Shown here piece by piece: positions 32,383-42,585 of a DNA stretch of 64,000 nt; the stretch's first letter is position 1, and each line of letters begins with the position of its first letter. The DNA comes from Clostridia bacterium. GTDB lineage: Bacteria; Bacillota; Clostridia; UBA1212; DUPL01. The stretch lies in assembly GCA_050951325.1 (NCBI GenBank), contig JBMNIW010000008.1, positions 224,001 through 288,000 of the forward strand, read 5' to 3'. The notes beneath the pieces were generated by a model. That model had not been told where the DNA came from and did not search any database. It worked only from the letters and a program-made list of their open reading frames with translations. The position numbers and the translations under genes are program-made.

Positions 32383-32850
32383 GGGTTGTGTCTTGTCAAG
32401 TGGTGCAAAATATTTTCTACTAAGTAACTAAAATTAACTATACCCACCGCATTTATTCCACGTTCCTATTGCGGCATAAATGCTTAATGTTTGCCATGTT
32501 ATTGCTTGTTGTCTGCATTCGGCAGCTTTTTCAATGCATCTTTAACATCAGTTCATCCATCGATTCCTTGGATAAGTACCTTCGTTCTGCTACGCTCCAT
32601 TCATCGTTTTGCCCTATCAGTATAGCCCCACCAAAACGTATTACTGAGTCTCTATCCGGGAAAACACTTACTACATTCAACAGTCTTATGCATCCAAAAC
32701 TGTCTGTGCAGCTTTGGGGAATCTTACTTTTAACTGTTCCAGGACAGCCTTCAGGGTATCCTATGCACTATTTATATCTTCCTGCATAAATATTGTTCTT
32801 ACTATAGCAGCCACCAGACTTTTCTATTTCTTCGGAACATCACATAATTA
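32383..32850 (-). mobile_element. Degraded IS256-family element (3' transposase remnant plus right end)
   Basis: Minus-strand fragments VPKK*KSLVAAIVRTIF, RFPKAA and VVSVFPDRDSVIRFGGAILIGQNDEWSVAERRYL with stops; end TTGCACCACTTGACAAGACACAACCC. Confidence 0.75.
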
Positions 32851-32868
32851 CTTAATTAGCTCTTTTAC

Positions 32869-34422
32869 TTATTCGCTTATTCTTAATATAGGTTTAAATC
32901 TATCTTGTAAGACTTCTGCATCTATAATGAATTCATCAAAGGTACGCACCTTTTCATTGTTCCAAGTGTTTTCGCTAAGAGCAGGAATTCTTTCTAGCAA
33001 TAACAACATTTCTTCTTTAATGCCATCTTCAGCATTTTCGAAATGTTCTTCAATATGACGATTCCAAGCTAGTAATTGACCACCTAAAACATTATCGCTA
33101 TGTTCAATTTTGATTCCACCTGTGTTTATATAAGGGGATTGGGGATGTACAGGCTTCCAAGAGTAGATATCCCATTCAAACACATCCTTGATAGGCCATT
33201 TCCTAATCGGAGTAATAACATACATAGGATCCCAAGAGCAGTTAATTATTTTAAAACCTGCGTCAATAAGGTCAGGAGTAAGTTGATAGTAGTTTTCCCA
33301 ACTCATAATAATTATTTCCTTTGGTACCATGTCATTTACTTCTTTTGCAAAGCCTTCCCAGGCTATTGGTTTTTTATCGTTTTCAAATACAACATTGGCT
33401 ATTCTTGTTACGAAATGTGCAAGCATTTGCTCAGACAATAGACTCTTATCTGATATAGTAGAGTCAATACCTTTGGTGTCGGCATAATCTCTACATTTTT
33501 TACACTGAGTCCACTGCTGTATTGCTGCTTCGTCTCCTCCTATATGTATGTATTTTGAATACTTAAACATTTCACAAAGCTCGGCAAATATTTCCTCTAG
33601 AGCTACAAAGGAATCTTCGTGCTGGTGGATTATACCTCCAAAACCAAATAAAGAAGGATAGGCTTTTTGGAATTGTTGACAATGACCTGGTATGTCTATT
33701 TCAGGCACAAGCTCTATACCGCGCTTGTGTGCATATTCTACTAATTCGTTTATTTGTTCCTTTGTATAATGCCTATTCACTGTAGGTAGCTTCGGATATA
33801 CATCACTAGGCAATGTATAGCTTTGATCATCAGTAAAATGCAAGTGCAGAACAGATAGCTTATAGAAATAGCACATATCCACAAAATTAATGAGATACTC
33901 AAATTCATGCCATTCCCTTGCTAAGTCTACCATCATACCTCTGTATATTGAATCTGGGTAATCAAAAATTTTAACCTTTGGTATAAATACTCCATTATCT
34001 GATTTTTGCATAATCTGAAGCATGGTTGCAAGAGCATTGTTAATTCCCTCTTCATTCGAAGCATATATCTTAACATTCTTATTGTTTGGAACTATTTTAT
34101 ACGCACCAGGTAAAAGCTCTTGTTGAGCAGCTAAGATAATTTCTGCTTTATCGTGCTCCTCAAAAGAAAGATCTAAAATCCTTTCACTATAATCACAAAA
34201 AGCATTAAGTGCATTTCTAAAGCTCTCTGATTCAGTTTTAATTGTAGCTTTATACTCATAGGCTATATATTCATTCTTATCGTTCATTTTACCTCGTTGC
34301 TCTTTAGGCATTGGTATCATATTAAGGGAAATATACTTGCTATCCCTATTTAGTTCTTGGCAGGAAGTTAACGCACCAAAGAATAGGAAGCAAAATATTA
34401 CGTATAACATTTTCCTAATCAT
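32869..34422 (-). CDS. GH20 beta-N-acetylhexosaminidase, lipoprotein
   Basis: Lipobox LTSC; YRGMMVDLAR, HLHFTDDQ, PEIDIPGH, IHIGGDE. Confidence 0.92.
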   Translation of the reverse strand: MIRKMLYVIFCFLFFGALTSCQELNRDSKYISLNMIPMPKEQRGKMNDKNEYIAYEYKATIKTESESFRNALNAFCDYSERILDLSFEEHDKAEIILAAQQELLPGAYKIVPNNKNVKIYASNEEGINNALATMLQIMQKSDNGVFIPKVKIFDYPDSIYRGMMVDLAREWHEFEYLINFVDMCYFYKLSVLHLHFTDDQSYTLPSDVYPKLPTVNRHYTKEQINELVEYAHKRGIELVPEIDIPGHCQQFQKAYPSLFGFGGIIHQHEDSFVALEEIFAELCEMFKYSKYIHIGGDEAAIQQWTQCKKCRDYADTKGIDSTISDKSLLSEQMLAHFVTRIANVVFENDKKPIAWEGFAKEVNDMVPKEIIIMSWENYYQLTPDLIDAGFKIINCSWDPMYVITPIRKWPIKDVFEWDIYSWKPVHPQSPYINTGGIKIEHSDNVLGGQLLAWNRHIEEHFENAEDGIKEEMLLLLERIPALSENTWNNEKVRTFDEFIIDAEVLQDRFKPILRISE

Positions 34423-34426
34423 AAAC

Positions 34427-35683
34427 TTAATCTTTACCTTTCTTATTATTTCTTAATATTACAATAATTACAACAACAGCAATAACAGCAATTACGCCAA
34501 TTATTATACTAAAAGGCCACATCTGCTTATCATCATCTGTCGCTTTTGGTGGCGAAGTACTAGGCGCAGGTGTATCTGTTATAGCAGGGGTGTCTGTTGG
34601 TGCAGGGGTATCTGTTGGTACAGGAGTCTCAAAAGGCCTTTCGTCGAGCTCTGCATATCTATCTGCAATATAGCTTAATTTAAAAGTTCCATATTCATAC
34701 TCTTCATCATTCAAAAAGGATGTAACTCCATCTTTGGGTGCATGAGTCCAAAGGTTGAGACCATCGTAACACTCCATCACAACTAAATAATCGCCTTCAG
34801 CATACGCTCTCTCAAAATAGACTTTGAAATCAGCATATTTATCTGGGCCACCAGATGTTAGCTCAAAGGAATTGATGTAAATAGGGTCTTCTTTAATTGT
34901 ATCAGCATAATTACCCTTCCATCTATATATCTTAAACTCAACATCAGCATGCCCTGTTTCAAGAAACAAACTATTAAACACAAAGCCTGTAAATTTACCG
35001 CCTAAAACAGTAAACATATGCGCTGCACTGTCTAAGTTTGCAACTTGAATAAAGCTCTCGCCATCCTCTGAGGCCCCTATTCCATAGGTTGGCACGATAG
35101 TTTCGCTGTCATTAAAGAGTATGTTAGGTTCTTCGTTTAGCTCTGCGCTAGGATTAACGATGCAGGATACTCTGTACGATACATCCTCGTAAACTTCACC
35201 GTTAAAATATGCAACACTGTCTTGATGGGCGGCATGAGTAGGTATATGTAGAGCGTGGTCAGTATGCTTTTTATATACTAGTAAATATTTGCCCTCAGCA
35301 AAAGCCCTCTCAAAATCAACACGAAAGTCTTTTTCGCCTGGATTAACCCAACTAGATTCCTCTGAATCCTCTATTAAATCCGTAAAAACAGGTCTATTGG
35401 ATATTGTGGTCTGATAATCAGTATCCCATTTATATAACATAATTGCGGTACTCATTGGTGGATCATACCAACTAGGAATAACAAGGCCAACAAATTTTCC
35501 GCCCTTTACATCAAGCATGACCGCTACAACACCCTCGTCTGTGTTCTTGAATCTACTCCCGTCTGGAGCTGGGTCATCAATATGCATCTTTACAATGCTC
35601 TCGCTTGCACAGATACCTAGATAAGAAACTGCACAAAGCACTATTACAAGAGCAATTAAAATAGATTTTTTAGTTTTAATCAT
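34427..35683 (-). CDS. Secreted protein with two tandem uncharacterised beta domains, PT-rich linker and C-terminal TM anchor
   Basis: Internal repeat GGKF.G...YKW..DY..TI...P...DF.V.FERA.AEG.YL.V; TDTPA repeats; TM plus KKGK. Confidence 0.75.
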   Translation of the reverse strand: MIKTKKSILIALVIVLCAVSYLGICASESIVKMHIDDPAPDGSRFKNTDEGVVAVMLDVKGGKFVGLVIPSWYDPPMSTAIMLYKWDTDYQTTISNRPVFTDLIEDSEESSWVNPGEKDFRVDFERAFAEGKYLLVYKKHTDHALHIPTHAAHQDSVAYFNGEVYEDVSYRVSCIVNPSAELNEEPNILFNDSETIVPTYGIGASEDGESFIQVANLDSAAHMFTVLGGKFTGFVFNSLFLETGHADVEFKIYRWKGNYADTIKEDPIYINSFELTSGGPDKYADFKVYFERAYAEGDYLVVMECYDGLNLWTHAPKDGVTSFLNDEEYEYGTFKLSYIADRYAELDERPFETPVPTDTPAPTDTPAITDTPAPSTSPPKATDDDKQMWPFSIIIGVIAVIAVVVIIVILRNNKKGKD

Positions 35684-35784
35684 AAAATCTACTCCTTTGT
35701 TTATTTGTACATAATTATGTTAGTATGATATACCAACAAGAAAAGCCTTGCGTTTGAAAAATTACTACAATATATTTTTGAAAT

Positions 35785-36103
35785 GTAAGCGTCAAATAGA
35801 ATACACCTTGTGAGATGAATGAATGTTTGCGAGAATGATAGAGCAAAAAGATGTATTAAAGCAGAACTTTCATAAGTTAGGAAGGTATTGAAGATGACGC
35901 GAGATGAAAAACTATTGATGTGGGAAAAGAAGGTAGAACAGTTTGATAAAAGTGGACTAAGCATGCGCCAATGGTGTCAGGAAAATGGAGAAGTATACGG
36001 TACTTTTAGACATTGGAGAAAAGTAATACAAGAAAAGAATGATATGGAACAGGGACAAAGCCGGTGGCTGCCGCTTCAGGTATTGGATGATACTACTCAA
36101 CAT
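35785..36103 (+). mobile_element. IS66-family left end and truncated tnpA (copy B), interrupted by DDE IS copy 1
   Basis: GTAAGCGTC terminus; ORF W...V..F.KSGLS.RQWC.ENG....TF..WR typical of IS66 TnpA; the frame runs into the next IS at 36104. Confidence 0.8.
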
Positions 36104-37611
36104 GTGGGATTTAGCCTTTACTCGTATTTTACTATCTTTTTTACCTTCAATCAATAGCAATATCGAATTTAATGCATTTTCCCATAATTTATTTTACGAA
36201 AAGGCAGTCTTCCCCCTTTCCCCAATATTATCACAACGCGCTATTAACTTTTTTTACCTCTATGCAGTACTAAACATATACTCTGGACCTCTTTTTATAA
36301 GATATAATCCTTTTTTCAATAATCTTACTAATTCTACTTGTGTGACTACCGACTTCCTTATTCTTCTATAGTAAAATAGTCTGACCAAGTTTGCTGCTAT
36401 GAATTTCAAACACAGGACTGCTTCTATTGCATCTCCCCCGTGGACATAACAATGCTCTAAGCCACATTCCTTTTTCAGATAATTAAATATTGAGTTTTCA
36501 ATGTCTTGCCTTCCTCGAATAATCCTAAATATTGTGTCTAGTTTCATGTCAATGCAAGTTGTCACAATCATTATCTGTGTATATTTTTTATCATGACTTT
36601 TCATGCGAAACTTAACAAACCTTAATTCTTTTTCACCCTTCTGCATCCTAAAGAAACCCTCATACACTGTAACACTTTCATAGGAGGCATCGTCTTTCCA
36701 CACCAAAACTGGTTCTGATTTGTTTACTTGCTTTTTTATTTCTTTAACACTATTTATATTGTTACATTTAACTCTGACAATTGCATCTACCTCTACTTCA
36801 TCGCAAGCATTCAACCATTCAGAATTACACCCTATTGCATCATAAACTATTACATCAATTAGACCCTTATGATCCGTAGTAGTTCTTTCTATTAAACGTT
36901 TTGCTGTTGTTAGTTCTCCTTCATCTTTTTCTGCTTTATCTACACCAGCCCTATATGGTTCAAAGTCCAAAACCAGTCTTGCACGATCGCCTATTGTCGA
37001 TAACACAACACTACTATGGAAATTTCTCTCTTCCTTTTTGCCTTTCTTACTCGCTTTTAAACACCTATCACAACTTTTCCTGTCACTATTAAACGTTTGT
37101 GTGCCATCTATAGCTGCGACCACATAACCATCTATTGTGCCATTTGTAAACACTTTATTTTCTCTAGCTTTGCGAACAGTATCCTTCAAAATTGCTCTTA
37201 TTTTACTTACATCAATAACCTTTAACGTGTCGCGAATTGCATCTATTTTTGGAAGCTTACATCCCCTAGGCAACAAATTCTTAAACTCATTTTTTACAAT
37301 ATAATTATTTAACTCATTGAAGCTTCTTGTTCTTATTATAAAACCAAAAAGAACCGGTAAAACTACAAGTTTTGTTTTGAATGTAGGATTCTTTCTTCCA
37401 TCAGTGAGGTTATTTAAGCCTTTTTCGACATCAAAGACATTCTTCATATATTTTACTAATTTTGCTAAGTAGTTCTTTCTCAAATCTATCGTTCCCTTAT
37501 TATTTAATTTTGATTATTTTAACAGAATTCAGCCCGAATTTGCAACACCTCTAATTTTACGTCAAAACCGCATAACTATGGGCTTTTTCGAGAACAGAGG
37601 CTAAATCCCTG
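36104..37611 (-). mobile_element. Insertion sequence, IS4-superfamily/ISNCY-like DDE (copy 1)
   Basis: Terminal inverted repeats GGGATTTAGCCT / AGGCTAAATCCC; near-identical copy at 47506-49015. Confidence 0.9.
36260..37483 (-). CDS. DDE transposase (DDE_Tnp_1-like), 407 aa
   Basis: AIDGT, VYDA, R.R.DIEN..F..LK....LEH motifs. Confidence 0.9.
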   Translation of the reverse strand: MRKNYLAKLVKYMKNVFDVEKGLNNLTDGRKNPTFKTKLVVLPVLFGFIIRTRSFNELNNYIVKNEFKNLLPRGCKLPKIDAIRDTLKVIDVSKIRAILKDTVRKARENKVFTNGTIDGYVVAAIDGTQTFNSDRKSCDRCLKASKKGKKEERNFHSSVVLSTIGDRARLVLDFEPYRAGVDKAEKDEGELTTAKRLIERTTTDHKGLIDVIVYDAIGCNSEWLNACDEVEVDAIVRVKCNNINSVKEIKKQVNKSEPVLVWKDDASYESVTVYEGFFRMQKGEKELRFVKFRMKSHDKKYTQIMIVTTCIDMKLDTIFRIIRGRQDIENSIFNYLKKECGLEHCYVHGGDAIEAVLCLKFIAANLVRLFYYRRIRKSVVTQVELVRLLKKGLYLIKRGPEYMFSTA

Positions 37612-37651
37612 CATTGAAAGACCTCCCTATATTTATTATTTATCATCTCTC

Positions 37652-38539
37652 TTATATTGCAAATATGAAACAAGTTATTCCAATAACATTTACAGCTATC
37701 GCTATAACATCTCTTTTTCTTAACTTTTCCTTAAATACAACAAATGCAATAACAGAAGTTATACAAACAATCAGAGCACTTAAAATTGGAAATTGTATTG
37801 ATGCATCGAGTGTTTTTGCCGCTGTTAAAGAAAAGTAATTACCCACACCATTCATAAGTGCATATCCAAAAATAAAAAGTAAGTAAGTTATCTTAAATCT
37901 TTGAACATTTATATTTTCAATCCTATTTTTCCTATATGACAGAACAACGATAAGAAAAGATACAACTGTTGTTAAAGCAGTGCAAATAAAAAGAAAATTA
38001 TTAGTACCAACCCTATTTGCGGATATTTGGTGTGCTTTTGATGCAACACTGACAAAACCATTGGTTAGAAATATCACCGAGCATAATAAGACAAATAACA
38101 TATTGCTTTTTTCTTCTTTTCTATCACTCAAATTCTTATATATAAAGGCCAGAATAATTAAAATGCAACCAATTATCTTGAATTTTCCTATACTCTCATC
38201 CCAAAATAACACACCTGCCATAAAAGGTATAATAAGACCCCCACTTAAGCTAAACATACTAACAATACCAACGGAACCTTTTTGCAATGCAACAATAACG
38301 CATATCTGGCATAAAACTGTAGATACCGCATAAATAAGTGCCCATAATACTGCTTCAAAAGTAAAACTTATTTTGAAAGAACTGAGCATAAAAAAAGCCA
38401 TACACAATATTAAACCGTATACCATACTATAGAATGCACCGTAATATACTCCACCGCTTGACTTAATCTGATATTTTTTTGTAAAAATAGATTGTGCACT
38501 GAAAGACACTATCGCAAAAAACATAAATAAATAATCCAC
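37652..38539 (-). CDS. EamA/DMT-family transporter
   Basis: Ten TM helices in two repeats, FWDE..G..KI.G and FKEK motifs. Confidence 0.85.
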   Translation of the reverse strand: MDYLFMFFAIVSFSAQSIFTKKYQIKSSGGVYYGAFYSMVYGLILCMAFFMLSSFKISFTFEAVLWALIYAVSTVLCQICVIVALQKGSVGIVSMFSLSGGLIIPFMAGVLFWDESIGKFKIIGCILIILAFIYKNLSDRKEEKSNMLFVLLCSVIFLTNGFVSVASKAHQISANRVGTNNFLFICTALTTVVSFLIVVLSYRKNRIENINVQRFKITYLLFIFGYALMNGVGNYFSLTAAKTLDASIQFPILSALIVCITSVIAFVVFKEKLRKRDVIAIAVNVIGITCFIFAI

Positions 38540-38576
38540 AAACTCTAAACTCTCCTTTTTAGTACATTTTAAAAGA

Positions 38577-38610
38577 TGAGTAATCCTAAGTTAATATAGA
38601 ATTACTCACC
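38577..38610 (-). terminator. Possible terminator hairpin
   Basis: TGAGTAAT...ATTACTCA inverted repeat. Confidence 0.45.
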
Positions 38611-38640
38611 CCAATATTAAATCTTAGATTTATTATTCAT

Positions 38641-39450
38641 TCATATATTAAAGCTATTACTTCTCTTTACCAAAATTATCAGAATAGTAAGAACAGTTAC
38701 CATTAAAACCAATGATCCGCAAATATCGTCAGATGTTGCCGGATTACCTGTTTCGGTCTCGGGCGGTACAGTAGTCTGTGGTTCGTTAGCATAAAACTCA
38801 CCCGTCTCCATATTGATTGATCCAGCCGGACCGTATTTGATATTATCAAAACACATACCCAAACTATAAGCAACCAACTGTAACTGTCCTGCTGCAAGTG
38901 GATTTGAACTGTCCGTCCCAGATACAACCAAATAACCGTCTTTATACCAATAAATAACATTTTCCTTTACACGTATACCTAAAGTGCACCACTGACCCGG
39001 ATCAACTTTTATTTCGTCTTGGTATACATTAAGTCTTGTCTTTACTCCACCCACATATTTGTTAATATCAAAGTAATCGTATCCAGTACTGTAGTGGATA
39101 TCGTACTGATCGTTACCATCACTGGATCTCCTTGCGGATATTCCGAAATTTGCATCCGGACGATTAGTTGCGTTTACTTTAACATCAAAAACAATATCAA
39201 AATCCGTTACGCCTTCATCAATTATAAACCTGAAAATACCTAAGGAAGCGTCATCTGTTTTTGCAACTTTATTATTGTTTTCGCTGACAATAGTAAAGTC
39301 ACCTACTGTAGTCATCTCTCCAAAAGTACCATCTTCAAAATCAACAGAAAATGATTTCTGCATGGCACTTGTCGGCAATACAAAAGTAACAATTAATGTT
39401 GCCAATGTAAAAGCAGTTATAAATTTTCTTCTCTTTTTCATATTTTTCAC
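38641..39450 (-). CDS. Secreted DUF1080/LamG-like (concanavalin-fold) domain protein with NPATSD sorting-like tail
   Basis: Signal peptide; DFEDG; DANFG.S.RR..GNDQYD..Y; W..L.I.V....I..Y.DG; FDNIK; NPATSD plus TM. Confidence 0.7.
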   Translation of the reverse strand: MKNMKKRRKFITAFTLATLIVTFVLPTSAMQKSFSVDFEDGTFGEMTTVGDFTIVSENNNKVAKTDDASLGIFRFIIDEGVTDFDIVFDVKVNATNRPDANFGISARRSSDGNDQYDIHYSTGYDYFDINKYVGGVKTRLNVYQDEIKVDPGQWCTLGIRVKENVIYWYKDGYLVVSGTDSSNPLAAGQLQLVAYSLGMCFDNIKYGPAGSINMETGEFYANEPQTTVPPETETGNPATSDDICGSLVLMVTVLTILIILVKRSNSFNI

Positions 39451-39464
39451 CTTTCCGAATAATT

Positions 39465-42400
39465 TTATTTATTTCTTTCTTTTTTTACAGTTAATATAAC
39501 GTATCCCACTATAGATAAAGCAAGCACAGCCATAACCACAGTAATAATTGTCATCCCAATATTGTTCTTCTGTAAGGCAATCGTTTTACCGGGTACATCT
39601 GTGTTTTTACCTATATTCTTACGCCAGTCTTCATCAATACCTCCACCTATTTTTGCAAACTTTATGTCATCAATAGAGATAGCACTGTTATATGTGCATA
39701 TAAAGGCTTCTCCTTCAGGTAAAGGACTTTCATCAATTACAGATTTCAATAATTCGTTATTGATAAAAAGATCGATTTTACCGCCTTCGATAATAACTTT
39801 CAGCGAGTACCACTCATCCGTTTTCATAGCAAAGGATTTTGAGTACAGAGTGGTTTGGCTTCCATTTTCATATCTTCTTATGTTAATAGTTTTGGTTATG
39901 GGGTTGTAATGTATATCATACTGATCGTTACCTCCATTATTTCTACGCAGCGAAAACCCAAAATTTGCATCTATTTTAGAGTTAACGGAGTTAAGCATTA
40001 TAGAACAACTTATTTCACAATCTTTATATACATAATTTGGCTGTATTTTAAAAACACCGCTTACATATGACGGCAAAGATATATATGTATTATTATCCTT
40101 ATTAATTTTTTTCCACCTTGGGTACTCAAAGCAGTCAAATGAGTTTTCATCAAAATCAACTATGAAATATTGAGGGTATTCTATAATCTGTGAGGTTACC
40201 TTACAATTATCGATGTAAGCTATTCCATCATTTAAAAGTTCTATACCTATATAACAATCAATTTTAGTATCACATTCAAATGACAGACTAACATTTTTAA
40301 AAGACTTTGATGATTTAATCTTTTTTTCCGCGATTAATTTACCAGATAAAGAATCGATTACAAAAAGTCTTGCTTGAGACTTTGTCTTTAAATAAACTTC
40401 AGCAGAAAACACATGCTGACCTTCTACCATGTACAAACCCTGATAGAGTCTTCCTTTTGACTTTATAAATCCGACATAGCCTGATTTGCCTTTCTCTACC
40501 GTGCTTCTTTTTACGGTACCTACGTCAGTATCTTTATCATACTGCCAGTTTGATAAACCTGTAATCCATCCTTTTTCGGAGTTAGTACGTTCAAAACCAC
40601 CGTAAAGAAAGTCTTTTGAGCTGTGCATACCGCAATCGGTTATGATATCTGTACCTTTAACAGGACTTATATCAGTATCTTTCATATATATATTGTCATA
40701 AAACCTCACACACTTAACAGGCGAATAATCATCGGTCTCAAGACCGTTAAAAGGTCCGCCATAATAAGGGTTATCTCCCCATGAGCCAATACTGCTAACA
40801 CCACCGTTTAAAATATTATCGTATACCGTAATATTTTTTATCTCCTGTTTTGAAAGATCGGGATTATCGGTTCCCCATGTGATGAAAGTAATTCCATGCC
40901 CTCCATATAGGTTACAATGTCTTACGATTAGGTTATCTATACAATTATCACCGTTAGGTTGTGCAAACCACCAGGACAAACCTCTTGGGTCGTTGTAAGT
41001 CGAACAGATTGTTACCGCATCATCATTCGTGTATAAGAAGCAACGGTCAATTATCATATTCTTTGTCCCGACTGTTGCAGAAATACCATCTCCGCCTACA
41101 CAACCTACTTCATCCATAAAAACATTAGCTATATATACATTTTTGCATGCACGCATATTAATATGATAGTTATTTGTTCTTTTAAGAGTGACATCTCTTA
41201 TTTCAACACCGGTACATTTATAGAATCCTATAGGTACCAAATGTATAGTATTGTCGCAATTTACAACCAATGAATTATAGGATACACCGTCTAGATTTTC
41301 GCTTCCTATATCCGAAGACCGTATTATCCCTTTGCCGGTTATTTTTACATTTGAGACTTGGTCTCCCTGTATCATGGGTAGATTATGACATGATGCTGCA
41401 TGTGCCCAATTTATTCCCGGTAGGTTTACATCATGTCCTAAAGCCACCTTATAAGCATAATCAGATATTCTTGGAGATTGCCAAAGCACCGCTCCTTCTT
41501 CAATATGTAATTCAACATTATTTTTCATTTTAATATTGGTTATAATGTATCTCCTGCCATATGGATTAGTTCTATCTCCGGGTATAACTACTCTTCCGCC
41601 TCCATGTTCAGACACATAGTCAATAGCCTTTTGAATAGCTATGTTATCATTCGTGTATGAATCTCCTTTTGCACCAAATCTTTCCTCTGTCACAGATACC
41701 TCTGTTGCTTTTAAACTGAATTCATACGGATTCTTCATAAAATCCGTATAGTTTTCCACGCAAAACCAAGGAGCAACAGGGATTTTGTTTATTGCTGCTA
41801 TAAAAAGAGTACTTAGTCTTGTAACATTTTCGTTCATATATGGTATTTCGACTACAAATTTACCGTCTTTAACCGTTGTTTCAGACAGTTTTGTTAAACC
41901 GCTTATTGATTGTGTATAGTTATATACTGGTGACTCGTATATTGTGACAGTCTTTCCGTTGTATTCGTTACCGACAGTACCTTTTATGGTAATAACTTTT
42001 CCGTCAGTAATACATGAATCTATACTACCCGCATATTCAATGATTTTATTCTCTCTCTCAAATGAAATACTCTTAATGTATATATCTCCGCTGTCCGCAC
42101 CGAGAGGTTCTATTCTAATACCCCTTAAATAATCCTTAGCTCCTTTAATATCCGAAAGATTGAAATAATATGTTAAGTAATCACTTTGAGCTTTTACATC
42201 AAACTCCTTAGACTTTTCATCATCATATGTACCGTCACTGCTCGTTATAAAGCTAAGTTTGATTTTAGTCGATTCTGTACTATTTTTTAGACGAATAACA
42301 ACAGTATTGCGAACAGACAGCAATGCACTGTATCTGGTACCTTTCGGTACATTGATTTGGCATGTAGTAAGACATGATTTATCGCCATTTAATGTGTATC

Positions 42401-42581
42401 TAACTTCACCGTCTTTCCATGTCAGATTACCGTTTTTAACATCAAAGCCTTTTATTGAGTCGGCTGAAGTAAAATCAAAATCAATTGAGGATGTTTTGGC
42501 AAGTAAATCTTTTTCATTTATAAGTGAACTTATGCTCATAGCTATTATCACCATTATTATTGTAAGTATTAACTTTTTCAT
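39465..42581 (-). CDS. Multidomain GH28-like (pectin lyase fold) glycosidase with CBM-like and C-terminal DUF1080-like domains, TM anchored
   Basis: FGAKGD...D..AIQKAID..GGGRVVIP; GDGI, NDDAV, GHGI GH28-type motifs; C-terminal DANFG..RR..GNDQYD domain. Confidence 0.75.
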   Translation of the reverse strand: MKKLILTIIMVIIAMSISSLINEKDLLAKTSSIDFDFTSADSIKGFDVKNGNLTWKDGEVRYTLNGDKSCLTTCQINVPKGTRYSALLSVRNTVVIRLKNSTESTKIKLSFITSSDGTYDDEKSKEFDVKAQSDYLTYYFNLSDIKGAKDYLRGIRIEPLGADSGDIYIKSISFERENKIIEYAGSIDSCITDGKVITIKGTVGNEYNGKTVTIYESPVYNYTQSISGLTKLSETTVKDGKFVVEIPYMNENVTRLSTLFIAAINKIPVAPWFCVENYTDFMKNPYEFSLKATEVSVTEERFGAKGDSYTNDNIAIQKAIDYVSEHGGGRVVIPGDRTNPYGRRYIITNIKMKNNVELHIEEGAVLWQSPRISDYAYKVALGHDVNLPGINWAHAASCHNLPMIQGDQVSNVKITGKGIIRSSDIGSENLDGVSYNSLVVNCDNTIHLVPIGFYKCTGVEIRDVTLKRTNNYHINMRACKNVYIANVFMDEVGCVGGDGISATVGTKNMIIDRCFLYTNDDAVTICSTYNDPRGLSWWFAQPNGDNCIDNLIVRHCNLYGGHGITFITWGTDNPDLSKQEIKNITVYDNILNGGVSSIGSWGDNPYYGGPFNGLETDDYSPVKCVRFYDNIYMKDTDISPVKGTDIITDCGMHSSKDFLYGGFERTNSEKGWITGLSNWQYDKDTDVGTVKRSTVEKGKSGYVGFIKSKGRLYQGLYMVEGQHVFSAEVYLKTKSQARLFVIDSLSGKLIAEKKIKSSKSFKNVSLSFECDTKIDCYIGIELLNDGIAYIDNCKVTSQIIEYPQYFIVDFDENSFDCFEYPRWKKINKDNNTYISLPSYVSGVFKIQPNYVYKDCEISCSIMLNSVNSKIDANFGFSLRRNNGGNDQYDIHYNPITKTINIRRYENGSQTTLYSKSFAMKTDEWYSLKVIIEGGKIDLFINNELLKSVIDESPLPEGEAFICTYNSAISIDDIKFAKIGGGIDEDWRKNIGKNTDVPGKTIALQKNNIGMTIITVVMAVLALSIVGYVILTVKKERNK

Positions 42582-42585
42582 TTCT

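Noticed and set aside
32469-33058. Plus-strand ORFs of 106 and 114 aa
   Set aside because: Antisense to the IS256 relic and the GH20 3' end
34555-34630. Short tandem DNA repeats
   Set aside because: Explained by the TDTPA linker codons of the surface protein
36536-36977. Diversity-generating retroelement-type variable region between the IS copies
   Set aside because: The differences are not adenine-specific and there is no reverse transcriptase in the window
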